Positions 50,847 to 61,746 of a stretch of DNA of 64,000 bases are shown here, one piece after another. The stretch's first letter is position 1. Every line of letters starts with the position of its first letter. Source of the stretch: Chiloscyllium plagiosum. Taxonomy: Eukaryota. The notes beneath the pieces were generated by a model. The model was not told the origin of the DNA. It saw nothing but the letters and a program-made list of their open reading frames with translations, and did no database searches. Where the stretch lies: the NCBI RefSeq assembly GCF_004010195.1, contig NC_057720.1:14199947-14263946 (forward strand). The letters run 5' to 3'. A program made the translations under genes and the position numbers.

Positions 50847-53111
50847 ATCTGGTCTTCATGAACAATTCAGGGTCTAATTGTTTTTTAACCTTTATCATTT
50901 TAGGACTCATTCTTATCTCTAATCTAATGTTATGTGTGTTCCATTCGTATTTCTTCTTCCACGTAGTAATTAATAAAGATTCTTTTTGTTAATTCAAGAC
51001 AGCCTGGTAAAATTGCCTCCTTTTAAAACTTAAGTTCATTTGGGTCTGGGAAATGTCAGGGAATGATCCTTTTTTAAATTAACCTTGTTGCAACCAACCG
51101 AGAGAGTGAACAAAGGGGAGCCATGTTCATCCTTTGCCATCCCATGGTATCGCGTCTGGAACTGTAATGAACTGGGGAAACTTGCCAGGTTTGTCTGGTG
51201 TTTAATTGACAAGTGTTTAATTTCACTTCAGTTTAAGCAGTGGCACAGAAAATTAAACAGCGTCACAGAAAAATATTACAAACTTCTGTTTAAAATTATT
51301 CATGTATGCGACGCAGGTCATATTGATTAAGCCAGCATTTATTGTCTATTGTCTGCCCTGGAGAAAGTGGTGATGAGTCACCTTCTTACAGCATGACAGG
51401 CTGAGGGGGAGGTAAGTTACACCATCAGTGCTGTCACAAGGTTCCATTTGCAGTATTGAGGATTAGAAAAAAAAGCTTTAGAGTTTGGATCATTGGAACA
51501 GTAGGTGGGATCTGTAGAAGTTGGCTATTTTGCATGGGTCTAATACCCTTGCTGGGAGGTTATTCTCGTGCTGTTTGGGAGACTTTAAACTAATTTGGCT
51601 GGGAATGGGACACAGAGTAGATAGAAAATTGGGAGCAAGGTCCATTCAGATATACTGGGAATTCTGGGATAATCCAGCAAGCAGAGAAGACATGGACATG
51701 ATAAGACATAATGGAGGTCCGTAAGGCTGCAAGGATCTTGACTGGTAAAGCAGCTGAATGTAGAGCGTGGATCAGCACGTGGGATTATGATATTGTTGCA
51801 ATCACTAAGAGATGATTGAAGCAAGGACAGGACTGGCAGCTCGACATTCAGGGCATAGAAATTTCAAGCATTTTGGGGTTGGAATTAAGAGAGGTGGAAC
51901 ATTGCATTGATAAAGGAAGCCATCACTTCAGTAATGAGGATGTCCTAGACGGCTCTCCAAATGATGTTCTCTGAGTAGAGCTTGCAAGTGAAAAAGAGGC
52001 AATTATTTTACTATGTTTATACTGCAGGCTTCTGAACACTCAGATATGTAGGCAAATCACTGAAAGGTGTGAGAGCAAAAGGGTAATAGTTGTAGGGGAC
52101 TCTAACTTTGCTGACATTAATTGGATCACCATAACATGAAAGGTTTAGACAGGGTGGAATTTTGAAAGTAGGTCCAGGAGAGCTTTTTGTGCCAGTATGT
52201 AAATAGTCCTGCTAGACTTGGAGCAGACCTACCCAGACATAATCTGAGAGAATGAAGCTGGTCAGGTGATGGAAGTTTCAGTGGGTCAACATTTCAGGGA
52301 GAGTGGCCATAACTCTGTAAGTTTCAAAGTCATTCTGAAAAGTGGTAAGGATAGAGCAGAAGTCATGTGTCGAAATTGGGGTGAGGCCAATTTCAATATC
52401 ATTAGACATAATTGGGCAAACATAGATTGGGAGCAACTACTTGTATGTGAGTCTACCTTGGGAAGTTGGAAACTTTTAATGGTGTAGTTAGAATTCAGTG
52501 CAGGCATGTCCCTCTAAGAGTGAAGGGCAAGGGCAGTACATCATGGATGTCTAAGGATAACAAGAATTTTGTGAAGAAAAGGAAAGAAGCATATGTTAGC
52601 TACAGTGCATCAAAAATGGGGGACGCTGTTCAAAAGTATAGAGAGTATTGGGAGTGCTTAAAAAAGAAGTTAGGAGGACAAAGAGGGGCCATGAAATATC
52701 TTTGACAGATGGGAACAAGGAAAACCCCAAGGCATTTTTGTAAGTCAATTCAGAGTAAGAAGTTAAATAGGGAACATATTCGAGACCAAAGGGACAACCT
52801 ATACATGGAGTCAATGGACATGGGTAGATCTTACATGAATATTCCTCATCTGTATTCACAAAGGAGAAATACATTATAGCTGGGGAGTTCAGTTGGGATG
52901 GTGAAATTCTCGAACATGTTGACATTAATAAGGAGGGGCATTAGATGCATTAGCGGGTATAAAGGTTCGTCAATCCCTCGGGCCTGATGTTTCCCAAGCT
53001 GCTATGGGAGGCAAGGGAGGAGATTGCTGAGGCCCACACGGAGATGTTTCATACTTGGCTGGCAAGCGGTGGAGTGCCAGATGACTGGAGATCAGCTAAT
53101 GTGGTTCCTTT

Positions 53112-53914
53112 TTTTCTTCTTTATTTCCACCACCAGGAAGAAATGAAACACCTGAGCGGCCAGTGACAAGCAATGCCCTTCTCATCAAAGGGCACACTGT
53201 GTGATCAAAAAAGTAAAGGGGAAGGCAGGGATTTAAATCAAAATGGAGTTGGAGGGGGAAATAATGCACTCCACTCCCTGTGGTGCCCACCTCTCCCTGA
53301 CCAGCTCAAAGGAGTTGGTAGACACCGCATGCTCCTTCTCCAGATACACCTGAGGTCAGACATAGCCACGGAAGAGGGGCAGGCAGTCGGCCATAACGAC
53401 CCCCTCCACAACCCGCTGCCTGGACCTGTTTATGGCCAGTTTGGCCAGGCCCAGGAGCAGACCCACGAGGAGGTCCTCTGACCGACCCTCCCCGCGCCCA
53501 AAGATCAGGAGCGTGGGACTACAGAGGAGAAGGTTCTCTAGAAAACTAAAAAGGGAGCACAAGCGCCCACACCCAATATATACATGGTCCACGGATTCCA
53601 CAGCGCCACAGAACAAGCAGTTGGGCTGGGAGTCCATGAACCACCACAATCAGTGGTTGCAGGGGACCGCTGCATGGAGCACCCTCCACCCGAGATCCCT
53701 GACAGAAAGGGGGAGGACTCCCGCATAGAGAGCCCTCCACTGAGGATCCCCACTACCCAGTGGCAAATGGGCACACCAAGGCGTGTCTGGGCGATGGATG
53801 AGGGAAAAGAGAAGGATGGTGTGCAGCAGCAGTCGATACAGGGTCTGCCGTTTTACCTCCATGAGGGGGACAAAACTAAAATTCCGGAGGCGGCTCAGGT
53901 TGTGGGGCACAGGT
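53112..53914 (-). mobile_element. L1-Tx1 clade LINE 3' fragment
   Basis: RPDTPW..PQWRALY..DLGWRVLH..NCLFCGAVESVDHVYIGC (CCHC knuckle)..LGLAKLAI. Minus-strand AATAAA at 53120-53125 and A-rich tail. 17-bp TSD gctaatgtggttccttt at 53095-53111 and 53915-53931. Confidence 0.9.
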
Positions 53915-54451
53915 GCTAATGTGGTTCCTTTGTTCAAGAAGGGCAGCAAGGATAGGCCAGTAATTACAGTGCAATTAGTCTGACATCAGTGATTGCAAAA
54001 AGTTCTGAGGGAAACAATTAAACAACATTTGGAAAGGCAGGGATTGATTAGGGATAGTCAGCACAAATTTGTTAGATGGAGATACAATCTGATTAATTTT
54101 ACAGAGATTTTTTGAAAAGGCGACTAAATATATTGAAGAAAGTAGTGCAGTTGATGAAGTTTACGTGGACTTCAGTAAGGCCTTTGTCATTAGACCATAG
54201 GACACTGGTCCACAAGCTAACAGCCCATGGAATTCTAGGCAACTTGGCAAACTGGATCCAAAGTTGGCTTGTTAATAGACAAAAGGTGATGATGAAGGGT
54301 TTTTTTTAGGATTGGAAGCCTGTGACCGGCCATGTACCACAGGGATCAATGCTGGTACACTTGCTGGTTGTTATAACTTGGATGTGAATGTAGAAGCTGA
54401 AAATGTGTTGCTGGAAAAGCGCAGCAGGTCAGGCAGCATCCAGGGAACAGG

Positions 54452-54491
54452 AGAATCGACGTTTCGGGCATAAGCCCTTCTTCAGGAATCC
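54452..54491 (-). ncRNA. Minimal type I hammerhead ribozyme motif (mirror copy)
   Basis: Exact reverse complement of the core at 54485-54458. Confidence 0.7.
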
Positions 54492-54524
54492 TGAAGAAGG
54501 GCTTATGCCCGAAACGTCGATTCT
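54485..54524 (+). ncRNA. Minimal type I hammerhead ribozyme motif
   Basis: GGAAUC-CUGAAGA-A-GGGC(UUAU)GCCC-GAAA-CGUC-GAUUCU. Predicted cleavage is after C54518. Confidence 0.75.
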
Positions 54525-55779
54525 CCTGTTCCCTGGATGCTGCCTGACCTGCTGCGCTTCTCCAGCAACACATTTTCAGCTCTGATCTCCAGCATCCGCA
54601 GACCTCACTTTCTCCTGTGAATGTAGAAGGTATAATTAATAAGTTTGCAGATGTTACAAAAATTGGTGGTGTTATTGATAGTGAGGAGGATTGTCTCAGA
54701 CCACAGGCTGATATTGATCAGTTGGTAAAGTGGGCAGAGCAATGGCAGATGGAATTTAATCCTGATAAGTGCGAGGTGATACATTTTTGGAGAGCTAAGA
54801 AGGGAAGGGCATGCATAATGAATGGTAGTCCTCAGGCAGTACTGAGGAACAAAGGGACCTTGGTGTACAAGTCCTTAGATTCCTGAAGGCATCAGCACAG
54901 GTAGACAGGGTGGTAAAGTAGGCACATAGGATGCTTGCCTGCTTTAACCAAAGTGTAGAATATAGGAACAAGAACGTCTTGTTTCAATTTTATAGACCAT
55001 TGGTTACTTCACAGATGGAATACTGTGTACTGCTCTGGTCGCTACATTATCAGAAAGATGTGATTACACTGGAGAGGGTGAAGAGGAGATTCACCAGGAT
55101 GTTGCCGGGGATGGACAGTCTCAGTTGATGAGGAAAAACTGGATAGACTGGGTTTGGTTTACTTGAAGCAGAGGAGGCTTTGGGAAGGGGGCTGGGGTGG
55201 GCTGGGGTGGGTGGGGGATCTGATTGGGCTGGACAAAATTACGAGAGACAGGGTAGATTGTGAGAATCTTTTTCCCAAGGCTGATGCGTGTAAGACCAGA
55301 GGGCATGAGTTTAAAGAGTGGGGGAAGTGGTTTACAGGGGATCTGAGGTACTTTGTTCACCTAGAGGGTGGTAGAAATAAGTAATGTGTCATCCAAGAAG
55401 GTGGTGGAGGTAGGTACTCTCGTAACATTTAAAAAGCACCTAAATGATCACTTAAGGTGACAGAGCATAGTCGGCTATGAACCAAGTGCAGGAAAATGGG
55501 ATTAGTGCAGTTTGGTGTTTGTTGGTCGGCATTGACATGGTTGGCTGAAGGGTCTGTTTCTGTGCTGTATGACACTACCACACTACATCTTTGCCACATT
55601 TACTATTATTTTAGAACTGGTCATTGTCGTCTTTGCTGAGTTACATTTTCACCATCCAAAGGCGACTGAGGGACACACTAATTTTTGAAGGTCGCACTCA
55701 CCTTCAGACTAAGCAGCAGAAAGCTGTTTGCTACTGTCTAAAGGTGAAAGGAATAACTTAGGAGTTACAATTGAGGATA

Positions 55780-56160
55780 TGCAGACTTGCAAATTTACAG
55801 TACCTTTCAAAACCACAGGATGTCCCAAAGTGCTTTACAGCCAATGTACATTTGAAGGGAATGTACAGCAAGCTCCCACATGTGATAATATTCAGAAATG
55901 TTATTTTTCTTTAGTAATGTTGGTTGAAGAATAAAGGCACCAAGGAGACATCCCCTACTCCTCTTCAATCACGCTGTGGGCCATTTTACACTCACTTGAG
56001 AATGCCGACAGGACTTCATTTTAACTTTTCATCTGAAAAACTGAATTGGAGCATCACCTTAGTCTTTGCACTCAATTCCTTCTTTCAAGTGAAGTGGGAC
56101 TTGACTCACAACCTTCTGACTCAAATGTGAGGGCACTATCAATGAGTCATGACTGTCACT
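55780..56160 (-). mobile_element. Deu-domain SINE (SacSINE1-like), decayed
   Basis: ggatgtcccaaagtgctttacagccaat..ctcctcttcaa..cacttgag..ttcatctgaaa..caaccttctgactc. Confidence 0.6.
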
Positions 56161-56519
56161 TAGAGAATAATTGGTGAGTAAAGAAGGCTATCAATGGCTA
56201 CAGACAAACAAGTAATGATGTTCAGCAACTTTAATGGATTAAACATCTTGCATTGTCTTCACATTATGTTGACCAATTGACTCTTGCAGCTGTTATGTGA
56301 AATATTTCACGACAATATTTGAAGTTCTTGACAAAATCTGAGTTCATTCACAATGTATTTGAATAAAGTGTTTTACCTGTGCATCAAAATGTAAAGTGTG
56401 AGTTTGTCTCAAATTGGTACAAGTCTGCTGGCCAAAGACCACTCCATACCTCAGCCGATAAACAGTTGAATAGTCTCGAGTAGGACGTAGAGAGGATTGC
56501 AGCTTGAGAGGTTCCATCT

Positions 56520-56990
56520 TTCAAGTTTTTTTATTCTTTCATGGGCTGTGAGCATCAATGAAAAGGACAGCATTTGTAGTCCATCCCTAATTGCCCTTGA
56601 GCTGTGTGGCCTATAGGCTGTTTTAAAAGCAGTTGCATTGTTGTGTATCTGGGAACACATGAGACCAGTTAAAGATGGCAGGCTTCCTGCCCTAATGGAT
56701 ATGATTAAATGAGCTGGATTTTTCACAACAATCAATGTTAGCTTCATTGACAAGTGTTAGACTCCAGACTTATCAACTGATTTCAAATTCCACAGGCTAC
56801 TATGACAAGATTTGAACCCCTGCCTCCCCCATCGTTAGGCAAAAATGGGTACTGCAGATGCTGGAGATTAGAGTCAAGATTAGAGTAGTGCTGGAAAAGT
56901 ACAGCAGGTCAGGCAGCATCTGAGGAACAGGAAAATCAACTCATTGTTAGTCTGGGACTCTGGTTAACTAACCAAATAACAATACCACTA
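56520..56990 (-). mobile_element. tRNA-derived SINE (family of 7890-8235) interrupted by a PLE terminal-repeat fragment at about 56838-56941
   Basis: ccatccctaattgccc..atttgaaccc. The inserted arm is flanked by cat(c/t)gttag. Confidence 0.7.
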
Positions 56991-56992
56991 TG

Positions 56993-57124
56993 TTAGCGAG
57001 TTTTGAGAAGATTTGTACCTGACGTTAAGCTTCTGAATGTCCAGAGGCTCACTGAAGATGTTACCTAGTATGGTGACAAAATGTCTGAAAATGAACCTTC
57101 CAGCTCAGCGCGCAAACCTACGTC
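56993..57124 (+). mobile_element. Short element of a further family with decayed hammerhead motif
   Basis: ctgaaga-t-gttacc(tagtat)ggtgac-aaaa-tgtc at 57052-57085. TSD caataccact(a/t)tg at 56980-56992 and 57125-57137. Confidence 0.7.
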
Positions 57125-57249
57125 CAATACCACTTTGCTCCGACTTGTATACTGTTTCGTAATCTTTTGCACAACTACTGTGTTCCTCCACATGACAGCT
57201 GCACACAATGTAACCTGCTGCACATAAAAATATCCAACTCTTCATAAAG

Positions 57250-57632
57250 TGTGAATCCAACACCGTCACTTGGGATTAATGGCAAGATATCACTCCAGAG
57301 GTTTCAGCACTAACCCTCGGTTGACTCTCCTGTACCTTACTGTGGGAGTACTACACCGTCAGATGTGCGTACTTTGGCTAAGTAGGTATAGTCATCTATA
57401 TGTGAAAGATTCCACAGCACTATTCAACGAAGAATCGGGAAGTCTCCCAGCCAATGCTTATTCCTAAAGTGCCACTGCTGAAAAACAGACAATTTCTCAT
57501 TTATTTTAAGCGTCTTTGTGGAATTCTGTTGTACAGGATGTGACAACTGTGCTCGCCTACACTGCAAATATCAATGACTGAAGAGTGCTATGTGAGATCT
57601 GAAAATCCTGAAAGGCGCTATATAAGTGCAAC
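57250..57632 (+). mobile_element. Deu-domain SINE (SacSINE1-like), decayed
   Basis: gtcagatgtgc..tgtgaaagattccacagcactattcaacgaaga..ccagccaat..gaaaggcgctatataagtgcaa. Confidence 0.6.
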
Positions 57633-58652
57633 AAACACTTGAATTTCCATAGCACCTTAAGGAGACTTTTTCAGAACCTCAACCTTCAGTGCTTCTTATG
57701 GCTCAGACAAACGTTGCTACAGAACAGGAATTTTAAAATATAAGACTGGAACTCCAAATAGCATTTATCTTTCGTTCTGAAACCGCCCAGACATGGCAAG
57801 AGAAAGTCTTCCAGCTTTGAGTCACATCGAGGCAGATTCAGTGCACTCGGGTTTTGCACGTGAGCTGCTTCATTCCAGGTCACCTGTAACACCTGTCTCA
57901 GCAGCAGGGCACCTCGAAGGGATGGGCCTAGAGGCACTTCAGTCCCAGGACTCTACACGGCTCATCCTTCATCCACGCTATTAGTAATGTACCGGCACCA
58001 TTGCAGTTACACCTGAACACTCTATTGCTGCCAAACACCTGGTTGGCATTGCAGTGTCCAGATGAAAAATAAGCATAATCTGCTTTTCCTGGGACACGGC
58101 AAACGAGGAGGGGGCTGGGTGGATGGTGAAAGATTATATGTGTTTATGCAGAGTAGGGATATTAAGCTACAAATGAGAGGTTCTGCATAGCAAATTAGAA
58201 TAATTGTAGTTTCATTTATATTTCAAGGCCATTGCCAAGTTAATTATCTGTATTAAATGTAAGCGCAGATAACAAAATAAATATGTTTTTTTTTTATGTG
58301 ATGTTCAAGCTTTTGTGTTAAGGGTGATGAATGCTGATAGCCTAGCAAATTAGCGTTTCTCAAATCGATGAGAAAGCCAGGGGAAAATGAGAGGCAGCCG
58401 TTTCCCCCCAGTAACTCTGACCTCTCTCACTTCAAGACCCTCAAAGGCACCTTTGTTAACCCCATAAACTGTGCTCCCATCCACTGCAATGGGGAATATT
58501 TCACTCAGCTGTCTTAAACCACGAAACAAGCATTCACCTCAGGTGTGTGCTCAAAACCCATGATGCAAACCTATGGAGCTTGGCAGCAAGTAGAAAGTGG
58601 GCAAACCTGTATCTTGCAGGAAGACATCAGAGCCTTTGCATTTGCATGAAGA

Positions 58653-58880
58653 GTCAAGATTAGAGTGGTGCTGGAAAAGCACAGTAGGTCAGGCAGTATC
58701 CAAGGAACAGGAAAATCAACGTTTCGGGCAAAAGCCCTTTGTCAGGAATGATCCCCTGATGGGCTTTTGCCCAAAACATCAATTTTCCTGCTCCTCGGAT
58801 GCTGCCTAACCTGTTGTGCTTTTTCAGCACCACACTAATCTTGACTCTAGTCTCCAGCATCTGCAGTACCCACTTTTGTC
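58653..58880. mobile_element. Palindromic PLE-derived element with two decayed hammerhead motifs
   Basis: Inverted arms around about 58750. Exact TSD catttgcatgaaga at 58639-58652 and 58881-58894. Confidence 0.88.
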
Positions 58881-58987
58881 CATTTGCATGAAGAATCAGA
58901 TCCATAAATCCTGATACCAAACATAGGATCCAAGGTGACAAAACTGCAAGTTGACTCAGTGGATTATCATTTACTATGGTTCCTAAT

Positions 58988-59592
58988 TAGAGTCATAGAG
59001 ATGCACAGCACAGAAACAGAACCTTTGGTCCAATTGGTTCATGCTGACCAAATAGCTTAAATAAATCTAGTCCCATTTGCCAGCATTTGGCCCATATCCC
59101 TCTAAAACAAAATTAGACCCTGAATTGTTCATGAAGACCAGATAGAGTCATGGAGATGTACAGCATGGAAATAGACACTTCAGTCCAACTTGTCCATGCC
59201 AACCAGATATCCGAAATTAATCTAGTCCCATTTGCCAGCATTTGGACCATATCATTCTAAATCCTTTATTTTCAGATATCTACCTAGATGCTTTTTAAAT
59301 GCTGTAATTGTACCAGCCTCCACCACTTCCTTATTCCATACATGCACCACCCTCTGTGTGAAAAAGTTGCCCCTTAGGTCCCTTTTAAATCTTTCCCCTC
59401 TCACCTTAAACCTCTAGTTTGGGCTCCCCTAACCTGGGGAAAAGGTCTTGGGTACTCACCCTATCCGTGCCCCTCATGATTTTCTAAACCTCTATAGGAT
59501 CACCCCACAGCCTCAAACGTTCCAGGGAAAATAGCCCCAGCCTATTCAGCCTGTCCCTGTAGTTCAAACTTTCCAACCCTGGCAACATCCTA
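58988..59592 (-). mobile_element. CR1 3' fragment with duplicated 3' end and a 33-bp foreign insert
   Basis: Two CR1 tails (starting at 58988 and 59143) separated by the reverse complement of 50847-50879. Confidence 0.85.
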
Positions 59593-60227
59593 CAAAGAAC
59601 AAAGAACAACGAAAATTTACAGCCCAGGAACAGGCCCTCCAAGTTGAGCCAATCCAAATGTACTGTCTAAACCTGTCGGTCAATTCCTAAGCATTTGTAT
59701 CCCTCTGCTCCCCACGTACTGTGCATCTGTCCAGATGCATCTTAAATGAATCTACCGTGCCTGCCTCTACCACCTCTGCTGGCAACGCATTCCAAACGCC
59801 CATCACCCTCTGTGTGAAGCATGTGCCGCATGTATCCCCCTTAACCTTTCTACCTCTCACCTTGAAAGCATGACCTCTCATTATGAAATCCTTCATCTTG
59901 GGATAAAGCTTGTCTCTATCCACCCTGTCTATACCTTTCATGATTTTGTAAACCTTAATCAGGTCCCCCCTCAATCTCCTTTTTTCTAATGAAAATAATC
60001 CTAACCTACTCAACCTCTCTTCATAGCTAGCACCTTCAATAGCAGGCAACATCCTCATAAACCTTCTCTGCACCCTCTCCAAAGCGTCCACATCCTTTTG
60101 GTAATGTGGCGACCAGAACCGTACACAATATTCTAAATGCGGCCAAACCAATGTCCTGTACAATATTAACATGACTTGCCAGCTCTTATACTCAATACCC
60201 CTTCTGATGAAGGCAAGCATACTATAT

Positions 60228-60461
60228 CCAAAAGAGAAAATGCTGGAAAATCTCAACAGGTCTGGCAGCAAAAGAGCTGACATTTCAAGTCTAACTGACC
60301 CTTTGTCAAAGCTGCTTTGACAAAGGGTCAGTTAGACTCGAAACGTCAGCTCTTATCTCTCCTTACAGATGCTGCCAGACGTGCTGAGATTTTCCAGCAT
60401 TTTCTCTTTTGGTTTCAGATTCCAGCATCAGATTTCAGATTCAAGCAGTAATTTGCTTTTA
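60228..60461. mobile_element. Palindromic PLE-derived element with variant (U3-A8) hammerhead
   Basis: Inverted repeat centred at 60313. TSD gcaagcata(c/a)tatat at 60213-60227 and 60462-60476. Confidence 0.85.
60314..60350 (+). ncRNA. Minimal hammerhead ribozyme motif with UUGACAA core
   Basis: GCU-UUGACAA-A-GGGUC(AGUUA)GACUC-GAAA-CGUC-AGC. Confidence 0.6.
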
Positions 60462-61009
60462 GCAAGCATAATATATGCCTTCTTGACCACTGTATCCACC
60501 TGTGCAGCAACCTTCAGGGTACAATGGACCTGCCCTCCCAGGTCTCTTTTCCCAAGGCTCTTCCGTTCATTGTATAATTCGCTCTAGAATTAGTCTTGCC
60601 TGAGTGCATCACCTCACATTTGTCTGGATCAAAATCCACCTGCCACTTTCCGCCCAACTCTCCAATCTATCTATATCTTCCTGTATTCTTTGACAGTCCC
60701 TTATGCTTTCTGCTACTCCACCAATCTTCGTGTCATCTGCAAACTTGCTGATCATACAAACAATGCCCTCTTCCAGATCCTCATAAATGTTTGCTGAATT
60801 CTTCCAAATTTCACAACATCTTTCATTGTATAGAGACAGAGTGTATTATCCGAAACAGCAATTGTACTTCCCATATAAGAAAATGAGAAGTGTGACTTAT
60901 TCCTTTTATTATACAGGTCAAAAAGTTCACCAAGATGATATGACTGGGATCATTTTATTGCAAGTTACTTTATTTGCTTTCTGGGGTGATTATCATAATA
61001 CCCAGTATT

Positions 61010-61335
61010 AACCATAGCTCGATGGTGACATGATTGCCCAGATCGAGAAGGTTTCGAATTTAGAGTCCAGGGACTTGAGAACATAATCTGAGTTACCCAG
61101 TGAGGCAGCACTGAGAGAGTTCTGCATTGTCAGAAGTGTCACTTTACAGGGGAGACTCCAGCTGCCCACTTACATCCTCTTAAATGTGAAAAATCCAACA
61201 ATATTCTTTCACACAAAAGCAGGAGAGTCCTGCCCAGTTTACTGGCCAATATTAACTCCTCAATAAACATGATAATACACATTCATTTATCGCTATCTCA
61301 TTGATGTTTATGGAGGTTTGCTATGTGTGAATTGA
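61010..61335 (+). mobile_element. Deu-domain SINE (SacSINE1-like), decayed
   Basis: ctgcattgtcagaagtgtc..tgtgaaaaatcc..agcaggagagt..ctggccaatatt. Confidence 0.6.
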
Positions 61336-61418
61336 TCATAATCAGGAAGAGCTTATTTGATCCATTGAACCTACTGAATCAGTTCATGACTGATCAGCTT
61401 GTAGCTTTAACTTCATAA

Positions 61419-61746
61419 GCAGCATGGTGGCTCCGACGTTAGCACTGTTGCCTCCCAGTGTCAGGGACCTGGGTTTGATTCCAGGTGACTGTCTGTCTGG
61501 AGTTTACACATTCTCCCTGTGTCTGCGTGGGTTTTCACCGGGTGCTCCACTCCCACCCCCCACTCCCCCCGCCCTCCAGTCCAAAGATGTGCAGGTTAGG
61601 GTGGATTGGCCATGTTCAATTGCCCCATAGTGTCCAGGAATGTGCAGGGTTACAGTAATAAAATAGGGGTGTGGCTTTTCTGAGGGTCAGCATGGATTCG
61701 ATGGGCCTAATGGCCTGTTCCATACTGTTGAGATCCTAAGGATTCT
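61419..61746 (+). mobile_element. HE1-type V-SINE
   Basis: gcagcatggtggctc head and ttctccctgtgtctgcgtgggttt core. Confidence 0.85.

Larger units (their letters stand above)
54397..54615. mobile_element. Young palindromic PLE-derived element with two hammerhead motifs
   Basis: 93-bp inverted arms (54395-54487 and 54489-54581) with one mismatch. TSD tgtgaatgtagaag at 54383-54396 and 54616-54629. Confidence 0.92.
51445..55580 (+). mobile_element. Old CR1 LINE, ORF1 end plus disrupted ORF2, with two nested insertions
   Basis: FLDHW (ORF1); VVGDSNF; SGHNSVSF; W..ANVVPLFKKG; KFADVTKIGG; WQMEFNPDKC; LERVKRRFTRMLPG. Confidence 0.9.
59592..60780 (-). mobile_element. CR1 LINE 3' fragment, RT to end
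   Basis: KFADDTK near 60725-60750. ORF 59687-60283 AFIRRGIEYKS..FWSPHY..VWNALP. Reversed tail (caaagaa)n. Confidence 0.9.

Noticed and set aside
54397..54615. DNA-transposon MITE or miRNA gene
   Set aside because: The arms are asymmetric (34-bp unpaired tail), the sequence belongs to the repeat attached to the PLE GIY-YIG ORF at 2045-2850, and the 14-bp TSD fits retrotransposition.
60203..60212. ctgatga as another hammerhead
   Set aside because: It lies in antisense CR1 coding sequence with no stem II or GAAA following.
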